In this document: positions 27,501-35,968 of the stretch, in pieces | Layout of the letters: each line of letters starts with the position of its first letter | How positions within the stretch are numbered: position 1 is the stretch's first letter | IMG/VR virus record: IMGVR_UViG_3300037524_000872 | Location: 1-40,215 of that record | Origin: a virus | Taxonomy: Duplodnaviria; Caudoviricetes | Length of the DNA stretch: 40,215 bases | Direction: 5' to 3' (one strand) | Program-made: the position numbers and the translations under genes | The notes under the pieces: model-generated | What the model was told of the DNA's origin: nothing | The model's database searches: none | What the model saw: the letters and a program-made list of their open reading frames with translations, nothing else

Positions 27501-30245
27501 GCGCGCCTCCGCCGGCCGCTTCGCCGCGCCGTGCACCGCGCGGATCTGGTTCTGCAGGTCCTGCTGCGCCGCCGTCGCGCGCTTCGCCATCTCCTCGGCC
27601 TGCTTCAGCGCCGAATCATCCGCGCCAAAGAGGTCCAGCGTCTCGCCGCGGCCGCCCGCCTCCTGCATCGCCGCCCGGACCACATTGCCCACAAACTCCG
27701 CCGGCTTACCCGCCACGGCATACTTGGCCCCGATCCGCTGCGCCGCCGCATCGCCAGGCGCAGCCCGGGCCACCGCTACGGCTTGCGCGTCGGTGATCTT
27801 GCCGTCCGCCCAGAGGGCGTAGAGATCATCGCCGGCATTGCGGCCCAGGTCCCAGCCGGCCTTGCCCTTAGCGCGGCTGAGTAGGCCCCTCGATCGCGCG
27901 GCTTCTTCGGTGAGCTGGGGCGTGTTTCTGAAGTAGTGCGCATAGTCTTCTGTGCTCCCCTGTCCATCACGGATATTCGCCTCCGCGTCAAACGTCAAGG
28001 CCATGTCCTTCGTGAAGCCCTGCCCCTCGTCGACCACCTGCGAGGGAATCGTCGTTTCCCCCGTGCGCCGCGCCAGGTCCAGCCGGTGCCGGCCCGTAAT
28101 CACCTCCAGGTCGCCGCCCTTCCGCCGCCAGAGCACGATCGGCGGCGTGCCCAAGCGCTCGTAGCGCCCCTCCAGCTTCTGGCCCTGCACCACGCCCGTT
28201 TCCGAGTCCGCATCCACCTTGAAATTCGGCACGTCCTTCGAGAGCTTGATGTCCGCCAGCGGCATCTCCACCACCGGCACCGTCTTCGGGTCCAGCGCCG
28301 TCGTGCTTTCGATAGCGTCTTCTTCGGCGCGCTCAGCCTGGCGCGCCAGATCCTTGGCCGTCGCGCGGCGCTTTCCTACAACGATCTGCGGCAAACCACT
28401 CTTACGTGTCTGCCAAACTTCCTTGATATACTCAACATCCGTACCGTCGCCCCGCGGAGCCGTACCCCCGTCGTCGTCTTCAAACACGACGACGGTGGCC
28501 ATCATGCCGGAGTTGTAGCTACGGCCTACGATGATCCCAAGCTCCTCGTTGCTCATCTCTGAAACCGGCTTGCGTGTTCCAGCCGTCGGAACTTCTGCAG
28601 CCGGTTCTTCCAAGGGTTGGACGGGGCCGGCAGGAGGCGCCGGCGGCGCTACAGCCGCGCTCGGTCCGGGCCGCATACGCAGAGCCACGTCCGTCGTCTC
28701 GGGCGTCCGCGACATCGCCCCGCTGTTCGCCGGCTTCGCTCCGGCCAGCGGGTCCTGAAGTTGGCGCGGGCCGGCGGCTCGCGCTTCGGCAGGCTTCATC
28801 GCCTGCTCAAGCTGGGCCAACCACTCGCCGAACTTCTTGCGCGTCAGCTCGTTCTCAATGATCGCGTCCACCCGCGGCGGCGAGTTGCCGGCCACGTACT
28901 GGTTTGCCCAGGCCGCTGCCTGTTCCGGTTTCAGGTTCGGCGCGTCCTTGCGCAGGCGCTGCTCGATCATGCCTGCCTTGAAACTCCTCACAATCTTCGG
29001 CGCGGACAGCCCGGCCGCGATCAGCACATTTTCACCCAGGCTTTCCAAGTTCGGTTGCTCACCAAATGCCAGCTTGGTTCCTTCCATCTCCAGCCCAGCA
29101 AAAACCGCGCGCCCGAGCTGCTGGCCCATGCGCTGGTAGACCGGCCCGGCGTCCTTCTGCAGCGCCTTCGGCATCGGCGCGTAGTGCAGCACCAGCCCTG
29201 TCGCCGTGGCGTTCGCCATGCGCTTGAGGTCCAATTCCGTCCCGTCAAACTGCTTATCCAGCGCCTGCTTCGCGGCGTCCACCACGCCCATACCAAGCGG
29301 GCCTGCAGCCCTCATCGCCTGCAGGTCGCCGGCCATGAGTCCTGGCAGCGTTTGCCCTAATAGCCGCACGCCGGCATTCGGGTGCTGGAAAAGCCCCGCT
29401 TTCGATGCCGCATCCTGGATTTCAAATGGCGTGAACTCACCGCTGCGCCGGCCCGGGTCGACAAGACTGAAGTATTTGCGCGGGTTCCAGAATAGCGTCG
29501 CCTCGTGCGCTACATTCCGCACGGCCTTCCCGCCCAGCGTCTCAAGGAAAGCCCCCTTACCCCAGCGCTGCGCCGCGTTCAGGCTATCCGCGAACTCGCG
29601 CGCCTGCACATCCAGCGCCGGGTTATTCTGCAACTCCATCTGCTTGGCCGCCTGTGCCGCGGCCGCCGCGCCGGTGGCCGGCGCGACCAGCTCGTGCCTC
29701 GGCGGCGACACATGGGTGAGCGCCGGCTGCGCCTCTGGCGCACGCGGCGGCCCAGGCGAAAACGCACCGGGCACCGCGTTCCGCTTCGTCACACTCCCCG
29801 GCTCACCAAACGCCAGGCGCGGCCCCTCTCCTGGCGGCAGGTCGCCCGGCGGTTCGGCATTCAAGGATGGACGCTCTGCCATCCCGCCAAGCGCTTCTAA
29901 CGCCGTCGGGCCGGTGGGTATGGCCACGGCAACCTCCGGCCGCTCCTCCGCCCCGCCCAGGGCATCCAGTGCCGTCGGCCCCGTGAGCGCCGCAGTGCGG
30001 CGCGCCTCATCGGTTTCCGTCTTCGGAAACCGATCAGGGAACTTGGCCCGCAGCATCCCCGAGAAACCGGCCCGGATCTCCTGCTGCTTCGCCGGCGGTG
30101 CCGCCTGCAGCTTCGCCGCATAGTCCGGATAGGACGCCACAAACGCCTTGAAAAGGTCGTCCTCCGCCGCCTGCAGCTTCGCCGGGTCCTTCCCCAGCTC
30201 CAGCCACCGCGGGTCTGTCACAACGGTTGTCGGGTCTAAAGGCAT
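21534..30245 (-). CDS. Giant polyvalent/ejection protein (2903 aa): ParB-like, PRTase, RadC/JAB, degenerate JAB, zincin metallopeptidase, LPD38-like C-terminus
   Basis: PPIVLW...ITGRHRL (~27960-28285); VILADDTFTTGATL (~26540-27000); MAHNHPSGNPSPSAED...DHII (~25575-25950); HELMH (24648-24662) with downstream EMFAE. Last gene of the virion operon. Confidence 0.85.
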   Translation of the reverse strand: MPLDPTTVVTDPRWLELGKDPAKLQAAEDDLFKAFVASYPDYAAKLQAAPPAKQQEIRAGFSGMLRAKFPDRFPKTETDEARRTAALTGPTALDALGGAEERPEVAVAIPTGPTALEALGGMAERPSLNAEPPGDLPPGEGPRLAFGEPGSVTKRNAVPGAFSPGPPRAPEAQPALTHVSPPRHELVAPATGAAAAAQAAKQMELQNNPALDVQAREFADSLNAAQRWGKGAFLETLGGKAVRNVAHEATLFWNPRKYFSLVDPGRRSGEFTPFEIQDAASKAGLFQHPNAGVRLLGQTLPGLMAGDLQAMRAAGPLGMGVVDAAKQALDKQFDGTELDLKRMANATATGLVLHYAPMPKALQKDAGPVYQRMGQQLGRAVFAGLEMEGTKLAFGEQPNLESLGENVLIAAGLSAPKIVRSFKAGMIEQRLRKDAPNLKPEQAAAWANQYVAGNSPPRVDAIIENELTRKKFGEWLAQLEQAMKPAEARAAGPRQLQDPLAGAKPANSGAMSRTPETTDVALRMRPGPSAAVAPPAPPAGPVQPLEEPAAEVPTAGTRKPVSEMSNEELGIIVGRSYNSGMMATVVVFEDDDGGTAPRGDGTDVEYIKEVWQTRKSGLPQIVVGKRRATAKDLARQAERAEEDAIESTTALDPKTVPVVEMPLADIKLSKDVPNFKVDADSETGVVQGQKLEGRYERLGTPPIVLWRRKGGDLEVITGRHRLDLARRTGETTIPSQVVDEGQGFTKDMALTFDAEANIRDGQGSTEDYAHYFRNTPQLTEEAARSRGLLSRAKGKAGWDLGRNAGDDLYALWADGKITDAQAVAVARAAPGDAAAQRIGAKYAVAGKPAEFVGNVVRAAMQEAGGRGETLDLFGADDSALKQAEEMAKRATAAQQDLQNQIRAVHGAAKRPAEARKLGVNIDDPQGVLKRVEGLKADLARWQNWPVHPDLVAQVRGATTAEVREPGADYQANTYATVEKTARMVIPAGDTTANLLSRELTRKARALVDAVEAGRIDREEALQRFNETARAARREEDRLAPKAGGEQADLFGKQPGMLFEPGAQYGRTGDVLPARNISQTSTAALRKDPDFDRAKRHEDVDAAVRVIERLVKPDRLRALRDQLPAGRPIYVVPVIASENAPSLNALPIAYAKAVADAVGGKLWLDIVKTGGAPNTDAPADQRSRNVQAFTGTPPPADAVVILADDTFTTGATLKALAVAVGRRPDLVTTLASGRYGNALTPDAKAIKLLLGKAGVSREQFFQILGYEPEALTGAQIQQYLLNGAAGRAGLVRRFPSSTSAGGGGKAGEESAVQQGQGPVAADGVSDYLRSVGVNDDAKARQLKEDLDALQEAPGTPYIPGLEPATGSARPADPATGAGAGVRIPVTDAEAAAHAALRDPMNPAVWDRIFGISQTASSLIRSALSEAGIVVQYRGMKIRTSRDAAAAVYSLRSPLAETMAVVFLDKNNKVLSTEVVSVGILNASLVDFRKIIGPAPAGAVSVIMAHNHPSGNPSPSAEDLMISRRMVTAAGLAGFDVIDHIITQGGAYVSLRDSGLVEFAVNMRYRPGDKVAEPGATLEPALPEQAAWEGVKRGDLHAITMPQHAQAVLNAMRQGAPGNIHVLVLTHRNALTAALRLPGGSTPEEILRQTLLVAAQEGGSAVIFDLHGLKAGDDIAVARKLVAGMKAAEIQVLDAMGPSAPFSMSESGLVSFAEERAGYVVREGAPEGPGYLGPAGGPVPIEDDPNQHMPIELPEMVALFHDLTGGKYPKIRQKMGQALGRFRGAPARGGEEIELLASLFKLVPDEQQESIREAAHSWAKANFEEGGVMSLERMEEERFVAEMEKAYKAALKENPKLASRVMAHELMHFVDFLPDRTLERGNILGHIAAFKHYLLKSIGDHPQNPEQAIPKEERAKMRRLAEKQAGKRPPKDEEAELEMWRQEVAENYREMLDTYAEANGILLYEDVRAELDPLIAWWRGTDTIPDYYTTGTEMFAEAGSIFLNNPAAMAKRAPRYYNALLNWMENRPEVKREYEAIQDLIKSGKVMTDRVQRLRTMLRDSTEIAGGLEEQGRALTAREWIDRIRYGFSRTFGPYLWRAKRVRDPAARRSMEQAIGDYLYRKSWHELYLGRMKVEVMEPLLKANLDFLDLSEFMFHKHVANNRTDIANPHGWTPKISSERLAEMERELGPERWAGLEAARRVFWLVRQEEVIEPLRRSGIFDEKTMEILASREFYATIAPVRATEIPEESAKGHPTIEQLLTASFGQGVGGMIYRQYGFMGAIKDPWLATMQKDLALLNMAAREATKRACFDALQDSTFADEWTPADMVWNGRYREPKIIKTDRVGTLIYVQDGKVRAWYGPRVLVDAFSHGDAIENRLVIWLNKWLSQSITRLWTQLNYGFWPVARARDIGAFRDQMPGARAGVPVLRRFGVGAGRSFWEFRRQAQRASRSSILGTPDPTARRALGRGMMITRPEAEGVLPGETPIDQLLRSHGLPAAARPDGAAPSAAAPVVHALRALWERWKMWGQVNERSVKIAGMLYLDKYYPDMPEARKRELVREMSGSPDFLSRGALAPWINLIFPLYNPIIRGTHSTGKSWRDRPGERAWKTIKYTLLPLVALEAFRRGMFAWLLGDDDSKEISKLIDAIPRYDRDNYYCYPLGWVDRQNSKALYLRVPMHEAERAVHVFLSKLLRADQEPMDTAGLWNVAGGQAPGLNPLFKVGMAWTMYKTTGRAPVDPFSGQQLLGDDEALIGAGDTKLWKWTWNQMGGTIITRFDNVRPDDDPTLAEQILRQPVISNTLGRWVKVSNKGVYEKYRLPAKAVEKAEAQRREDARDMIERVMAGEGLTVADQVRIKTDPYFSNYAADKLKEIQAIRAAGPEARAIMDAGSKLQEAVTLQAIMEDR

Positions 30246-31105
30246 CAGAGCGTGTGACTTGAAAAGAAAGTGTCATTGAAATTGTCAGTGCCCGTGTCAG
30301 TCGGCGCGGTCGGGCCCGCCGCAGCCGGCGGCGCGTTCGGCGCCGCGGGCTTCTCGCGCCCGCCGAAAAGTCGCTGCAGCCAGCCTGGCTCGCGTTGCTC
30401 GGTTGCCTGAACCAACGCGAGCTGCTCCTGCGCCGTCAGCGGTTGCTGCGAGCGCGTATTCACAAACTGAACCTTTCCGTTCACCTCGACCGCCGCCACG
30501 TCGCTCCGCGATCCGTCACCACGCGGAACGAAGTCGATCACCTTGTAGCCGCCCGCCGTCGTCTCCGGCTGGTCCAGCACCTGCAGGCTGTTCGGGCTCG
30601 TCGCCACACCCTTGCGCCCGCCCGGCAGGTCAACCGGCGCCCCCGGCGCCAGGTTCCATTTGCTCCCGCCGCCACGCATCGTTTCCTCGATGGACTGCGC
30701 CGCGTTCAGGATGTTGGGGTCGAAGACCTCCTTCTCCAAAAGGATGCTCGTCAGGCTCGCCTTTTCCCCGGCCCCGTGCCCCATCGCCATCTGGAACTCC
30801 CGAATGGCCTCGCCTGTCTTCTTCTTCGTTTCGGCTGTTTCGCGCGCGGCATAGCTTTGAGTCCACCCCATAAGCTGCGGCAAACTTGCAGCCGCCGCCG
30901 CGCCGGGGGCCATCCCTAGCTCCACGGCCACGGTTTCAAAGCGCTCGCGGTCCTCCTTCTTGCGGTCGTCCTCTTCCTTCCTGCGCCGATCCTCTTCCTT
31001 CTTGCGGCGAATGTTTCTGCCCAGGCCATCAAATGCGTCGTTCATGCTCAGCGCAAGAATTTCGCCGGCCCTGTTGTTCACGCGCGATTGATTTGTGATT
31101 GCCAT
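30245..31105 (-). CDS. Putative DNA ejection / internal virion protein (286 aa)
   Basis: Charged helical N-terminus, located between ejection-like genes. Confidence 0.6.
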   Translation of the reverse strand: MAITNQSRVNNRAGEILALSMNDAFDGLGRNIRRKKEEDRRRKEEDDRKKEDRERFETVAVELGMAPGAAAAASLPQLMGWTQSYAARETAETKKKTGEAIREFQMAMGHGAGEKASLTSILLEKEVFDPNILNAAQSIEETMRGGGSKWNLAPGAPVDLPGGRKGVATSPNSLQVLDQPETTAGGYKVIDFVPRGDGSRSDVAAVEVNGKVQFVNTRSQQPLTAQEQLALVQATEQREPGWLQRLFGGREKPAAPNAPPAAAGPTAPTDTGTDNFNDTFFSSHTL

Positions 31106-31114
31106 TGCCGTCTC

Positions 31115-32038
31115 CTACCCGCCATACATTGAGCCCATAACCTGCCCGGCCGCATTGATCACGGACCCGAAGAGCGCCGCCGACGTGTTCGCCGCCGTGT
31201 TCTCTGAATCCATCTCGGCCCCGTAGATCAGGCTGAAATAGTCGCTGTTCGCGTTCGCCGTCGCCGCGTTCGCATTGTTCACCGAAGCCTGGTTGCCGGA
31301 ATACAGGCTGCTCGCGTACTGGCTCTCCGGATTGAACACATCGTAGGCGTTCGAGGAGGTGGGCGACGGAATACCGCTGAAGCCCAGGTTGCTCGAAGCC
31401 CGGCCCAGCACGATGCTCGACGGGTCGCCGTAGATGGACTTGTTCAGCCCCAGCACGTTCGACGCGAAGGCGCGGCTCTCATTCAGCCGGGCCCGCTTCG
31501 CCGCGTCCAGGTTCATCACCTCGCTGAAAATCGCCGGGTCGCTCATCACCATCCCGCGGTCGTTGTAAGCCGCCCGGCTCGATTGCTCCACGGATCGCAC
31601 CTCGTCCGGCGAGAGCGCCCCGCCCCCGGAAAGCTCCGTCTTCGCCTGCGCGTTCAACTCGTCCAGGAGCGCCGCCGCCTCCGGGTTCGCCGCCCGGTAC
31701 GCGTCCGTCACCTGCGGCGCCAGCGTCACCAGGTCCTGCATGTCCTGCTCGCGCGACCCTGACGTAATGTCCTGCCCCAGCTCCGCGTAGCGCGGAAGAA
31801 ACGCCTCCTGGATGCCGTAGTTCAGCGCGGCATAGAGCGGCTGATAGATCAGGTTCGACCGGAACACCTCCGGCGCCATCTCGATCTGGGCTTCCAGCGT
31901 GTCCTTGTACTCCTGCGCGTAGTCGCGCACCGCGGGCTCATAGGTGAATTCCATCGGCGCGCGCGTCGGGATTGAAGACGGGTCCGGCGTGTCCGGCGGA
32001 TCAATACCCAGAACATCATCGGCAAAATCACTTCCCAT
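31115..32038 (-). CDS. Putative DNA ejection/pilot protein (307 aa)
   Basis: Ala/Asn/Ser-rich helical sequence (VEQSSRAAYNDRGM) with a Gly-rich hydrophobic C-terminus. Confidence 0.65.
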   Translation of the reverse strand: MGSDFADDVLGIDPPDTPDPSSIPTRAPMEFTYEPAVRDYAQEYKDTLEAQIEMAPEVFRSNLIYQPLYAALNYGIQEAFLPRYAELGQDITSGSREQDMQDLVTLAPQVTDAYRAANPEAAALLDELNAQAKTELSGGGALSPDEVRSVEQSSRAAYNDRGMVMSDPAIFSEVMNLDAAKRARLNESRAFASNVLGLNKSIYGDPSSIVLGRASSNLGFSGIPSPTSSNAYDVFNPESQYASSLYSGNQASVNNANAATANANSDYFSLIYGAEMDSENTAANTSAALFGSVINAAGQVMGSMYGG

Positions 32039-32387
32039 CGACGTACCTCCTCATGCGTGCCAACTCCCAAATCTTCAAAAACTTCTTCCGCCGGTGATAT
32101 GCGATGAAGGGCAGGTCAAACGGCAATAGCGCGCCGATCTTCTTCAGCGCCCCGCGGCCCGAAGCGATCAGGATAAACCAGCAGTCGGCTTTCTCTCGCT
32201 CCACCCGGCGCGGCAACCCGTCAACAAGCATCGCGCGCGCTGTCGGCCAGCCAAGGATGAAAGCGTCCGGCCCTGAATAGGCCACGCCATAGCGCGCCGC
32301 CTGCACCATGTCATCGTGCAGCTTCCCGCCGCGCTGCACGTAGGTGTTGTAGACGCTTTGCGCCAGTTGTACCGGTTCGTTCATCAT
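32028..32387 (-). CDS. Hypothetical protein, possibly GNAT-like virion assembly factor (119 aa)
   Basis: ATGA-coupled. DCWFILIASG motif at the usual position before podoviral ejection genes. Confidence 0.5.
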   Translation of the reverse strand: MMNEPVQLAQSVYNTYVQRGGKLHDDMVQAARYGVAYSGPDAFILGWPTARAMLVDGLPRRVEREKADCWFILIASGRGALKKIGALLPFDLPFIAYHRRKKFLKIWELARMRRYVDGK

Positions 32388-33103
32388 GTCCCGATCGCAA
32401 TCCAGACCACCTGCAGCGCCGCCGTCGACGACGGGTTGTCCGTCCTGTGGCAAAACAGCGACATCCCCGTGCTCGCCGTCCGCGACACATAGGGCGAGTA
32501 GGCCGTCGCCCCGGGGATCGACACCCCGTCCGCGTTGATGATCTGCGCAAACGGATAGTAGGACGTGGCCGAAGAGAACGCCGTCGGGAACGTGATCGTC
32601 TTCGCCGCCGACCAGTACAGCGTCGAGAGGATATTAACCGACTCGAAGCCCCAGAAAATCTTGCTCCCTTGCACGCCGATCACGCCCTGCCCGGCCACCA
32701 GCATCGCCGCCGTCAGCGCCGTGAACTGCAGCGTGCCGCTCTGCCGCGTCAGGAACTGCCCGTCCGCCGTCGCCTGCAGGAAGCTCGGCGCGCCCGCCGT
32801 TGCGCCGGCCCGCGCGATGATCGACCAGGCCGAAAAGTCTTCCAGCTTGGAAAGCGTCACCGCCCCGTTCACGATCTTGTTGGACGTGATGCTCCCGTCC
32901 GCCACGCCAAACTGGCTGCTCAGGTCCTCGGCCAGCTTGTCGGAGCTGATGCTGCCGTCCGCCAGCTCCCGGCTCGTCACCGCCCCTGCCTTGATCCGCG
33001 CCACTGCGTCCTGGACCATGCGGTTCAGCTTGTCGAGAGTGACCACCTCGCCGTCGGCCTCGTCAAACACATACCCGCTGGATAGATCAATTTCGCCGCT
33101 CAT
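32384..33103 (-). CDS. Short tail fibre / needle-like protein (239 aa)
   Basis: 10-residue repeats (AGAVTSREL, DGSISSDKL, DGSITSNKI, NGAVTLSKL). C-terminal ITFPTAFSS...WIAIG domain. Confidence 0.7.
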   Translation of the reverse strand: MSGEIDLSSGYVFDEADGEVVTLDKLNRMVQDAVARIKAGAVTSRELADGSISSDKLAEDLSSQFGVADGSITSNKIVNGAVTLSKLEDFSAWSIIARAGATAGAPSFLQATADGQFLTRQSGTLQFTALTAAMLVAGQGVIGVQGSKIFWGFESVNILSTLYWSAAKTITFPTAFSSATSYYPFAQIINADGVSIPGATAYSPYVSRTASTGMSLFCHRTDNPSSTAALQVVWIAIGT

Positions 33104-33106
33104 GTG

Positions 33107-33649
33107 TTACTCCGTCGCGCTCCAAAGCACCCAGATGTCCACGCTTCCCTGCGTCGCGTCCGATAGCCACCCCGTCGTGCTCGTGGCCGCCGCATAGATT
33201 TGCGTGCCCGCGTCCGCATGGCTTTCCCCGCCCACCGTCGAGGACAGGTCAAAATTCGTATCGCCCGGCGCGTCAAACACGTTGCTTGCCGCCGCGTACT
33301 TCGTGAGGTTCCCGGAGATACCCACGCTCACCGTGTAGGACGCGATCAGTCCGCCCGTGAACGCCGCGCTGTGCTTGATCTTCACCGCGTGGATAACGCC
33401 CTTCGGCGGAAGCGTGAACAGCGGCGCCGAGTACGTGAATCCGTTCGGTGCCATCTGGTCGTAGGTCAGCGTGTACTTGATCCAGACCGGCAGCGCATAC
33501 TTGCGCGCCAGGGCCCCGGCCACCACCTGCAGCGCCACCCCGTCCGTCGCGCCGGTCGTGAAGTCCAGCGTGCGCAGCAGCTCGTAGATATTCTCCCGGG
33601 TGCAGTTCGTCTCGGGCAGTTCAACGGTGGTTTGCAGTCTCGTGGTCAT
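33107..33649 (-). CDS. Virion structural protein, beta-rich (180 aa)
   Basis: LFTLPPKGVIHAVKI...QGSVDIWV jelly-roll-like pattern in the tail operon. Confidence 0.6.
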   Translation of the reverse strand: MTTRLQTTVELPETNCTRENIYELLRTLDFTTGATDGVALQVVAGALARKYALPVWIKYTLTYDQMAPNGFTYSAPLFTLPPKGVIHAVKIKHSAAFTGGLIASYTVSVGISGNLTKYAAASNVFDAPGDTNFDLSSTVGGESHADAGTQIYAAATSTTGWLSDATQGSVDIWVLWSATE

Positions 33650-33652
33650 CGG

Positions 33653-35968
33653 TTAAGCCTTCCGCCTCAGTGTCCGCTCCCCGGCCTGGTGCTCCACCAG
33701 CACGCCGTGCTGGTTGCAGCGGCCCCGGGCGCTCGCGATCTCCAGTTGCACAAACCCGCCGCGCCCGTCGATCCGGTACGGCTCCTGGATGCGCTGGTGC
33801 AGGTTCAGGTCCACCCCGTTCTCGCCCAGGTCCAGCTCGTCCAGCTCGTCCAGGTCCATGAACACGCTGTAATCCTCGCGGTACGGATCCCCGTGGTCGT
33901 CGTTCGCGTTGTCCTGCTCGTAGGCCGCCTTGCCCCAGATGTAGTAGGCCGTCCGGCTCTTCGTCACGCCGGCCGCCAGCGCGCGCTGCTCGTTCACACC
34001 GTCCAGCACCGCGTCTACGTCATAGCTCGGGTTGAACGTGCTCTGGTCCACCAGCAGCCGCATCGACCGCTTGCGCTCCAGGCTCTCCGCGGCATACCCG
34101 CGCGTGCGCAGCAGATCCTCAATCGGGAGTTCCTCGTCATAGAGATAGTCCGCATACCCGCGGCCCACCGCGTAGAAGGCCCCGTGCGCCTTCCGGTCCG
34201 CCAGGTTCGCCGTGTTCACCGCAAACAGCCGCCGCCGGCCGGCCAGATCGGTACGGACAAAGGAGTGCACATCCAGCATATCCTCCGCCAGCCAGTACCC
34301 CATCCAGGTCCGCGTGATGCCGTCAAACACGATCATCGCGTTGTTGTACTGCACCCCGTCGATCGGGATCGCCCAGTACAGCTTCTGCTCAAAGTAGCCG
34401 CCGGCGATCTTGTCCGCGTGGGTCCAGTTGATCCGGTCGATAATCGGCTGGATAGGCCCCGTCAGCGCCTCCGTCTGAAGCTGCAGCTCGTTGTCCAGCA
34501 CCTGGCCTATGGCGCGCACCCCGTCCTCGCAGAAGAAGAAAATGTCCTTCCCGTCGCTCGCCACGCTCTCCGGCGCGATGCAGCCGTACTCCATCGTCAG
34601 CACCTGGTTGTCCACCGTCTCAAGCTGCCCCACCAGGTTCAGCAGCGCATGTATGCTCTGGTTCTTGAAGCAGATCAGCGTCGTCCTGTTCGCCGGCCAG
34701 AGCCGCACCAGGTAGTCGTCGCTCCCGCTCGAAATTCGCAGACGGCCCGTGGAAGCCCCGTATCTCGTGTAGTCCAGGATGTCGCTGCAAAGAATCGCAT
34801 CGCGACCCTCGATCAGGTAGACCCTGTTATTGAGGAAAGCCCCCTCTGCCACGTTCGGGATTACCCTCGTTCCGTCCGCAAGCACCTCGTCAGACTGGTC
34901 GGGGTCGTCATCCCGCGCCTCCGTCTGCTCGATTTCTTCAAAATCATTAAGGATCGCCGTCATCTCGTTCGCCGGGTTCCATACCAGCGGCGTCTTCTCC
35001 GTGCCGCGCAGCATCAGCACCCGGTCAAACGCCTGGATCATGCGGACCGGCTCCTCGATCGGCTCCTGCCCGGGCAGGCGAATCCAGGACGGCGGCGCGT
35101 TCGGAATCAGCCGGACAACCCCCGTGCGCACCGCAATCAGGACCCCCTCAATGCCGTAGGGATCGCTGAAGACGCACGTGCCAAACACCTCGCCAAGCCC
35201 CGTCGGGTCGGCAAAGTCGAATCCCTCTTCCTCCATGCCGCTCGGGTCGATCGCCAGCGCCGCAATCCCCAGCACCCGCTCGATCCAGATTGTGTGCCAG
35301 TCCTGCGTCGTCGCGTTCCGTAGCTGCAGCGTCGTGTCCCCGCGCACGAGAAAGTTCGGATTCACCGCCGGCGTAAACACGGGCGTGTCCGGCATACCCG
35401 TCTGCTCCACCACCAGCGTCGGGATCCCCGCCACGTCGTCGATGTAGACCGTGTGCCAGAGCCCCGTGTCCACATTGCGCAGTTGAAACGTCGTATCCCC
35501 CCAGAGCCTGAAATTCGCTTCGCTCTCCGTGTAGTCGTCATACTCCCAGTCGGAGTCCGCCATCGCGTTCTGGTCGATCGCCAGCACCGTGTACGCCCCC
35601 AGCGTGTGCAGCCAGATCGCGTGCCATCCCGCCGGCGCGGCGCACCGCAGTTGCAGCGTCCGCCCGTTATAGATCCGGAAACTCGTCGCCGTAAAGCTGC
35701 GCTCGCTCTCCGTGAAAAGCGTCAGGAAATCGTGGTCCTCTAGGAAGTCGATCGGGAAGTCCACCCCCTTGTCCGCGCCCCAGGCCACCGTCTGGAAGCC
35801 ACCGCGGGTTTCCGCCACGCCCTTCCGGAAGTCCTTGTTGATCGCCCGCGCCGCCAGTCCGGCCGGCAACGTCCGCGGGTCCCGGCGCTCATCCACGCCC
35901 ACAAACTGCAGGTCGCCCTCCGGCGCCGGCGCCTCATCCTTCGCCCCGTAGGTGCGGTATCGGCTCAT
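33653..35968 (-). CDS. Tail nozzle / tubular protein B-like (P22 gp10-like beta-propeller, 771 aa)
   Basis: LICFKNQSIH, YGCIAPESVASDGKDIFFFCEDGVRAI and PIQPIIDRINW motifs. Confidence 0.8.
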   Translation of the reverse strand: MSRYRTYGAKDEAPAPEGDLQFVGVDERRDPRTLPAGLAARAINKDFRKGVAETRGGFQTVAWGADKGVDFPIDFLEDHDFLTLFTESERSFTATSFRIYNGRTLQLRCAAPAGWHAIWLHTLGAYTVLAIDQNAMADSDWEYDDYTESEANFRLWGDTTFQLRNVDTGLWHTVYIDDVAGIPTLVVEQTGMPDTPVFTPAVNPNFLVRGDTTLQLRNATTQDWHTIWIERVLGIAALAIDPSGMEEEGFDFADPTGLGEVFGTCVFSDPYGIEGVLIAVRTGVVRLIPNAPPSWIRLPGQEPIEEPVRMIQAFDRVLMLRGTEKTPLVWNPANEMTAILNDFEEIEQTEARDDDPDQSDEVLADGTRVIPNVAEGAFLNNRVYLIEGRDAILCSDILDYTRYGASTGRLRISSGSDDYLVRLWPANRTTLICFKNQSIHALLNLVGQLETVDNQVLTMEYGCIAPESVASDGKDIFFFCEDGVRAIGQVLDNELQLQTEALTGPIQPIIDRINWTHADKIAGGYFEQKLYWAIPIDGVQYNNAMIVFDGITRTWMGYWLAEDMLDVHSFVRTDLAGRRRLFAVNTANLADRKAHGAFYAVGRGYADYLYDEELPIEDLLRTRGYAAESLERKRSMRLLVDQSTFNPSYDVDAVLDGVNEQRALAAGVTKSRTAYYIWGKAAYEQDNANDDHGDPYREDYSVFMDLDELDELDLGENGVDLNLHQRIQEPYRIDGRGGFVQLEIASARGRCNQHGVLVEHQAGERTLRRKA

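Noticed and set aside
516-35323. Many long plus-strand ORFs (e.g. 1760-3262, 6292-8148, 23139-24803, 33200-35323)
   Set aside because: Antisense shadows of GC-rich minus-strand genes: Arg/His/Val-rich, with no motifs or RBS.
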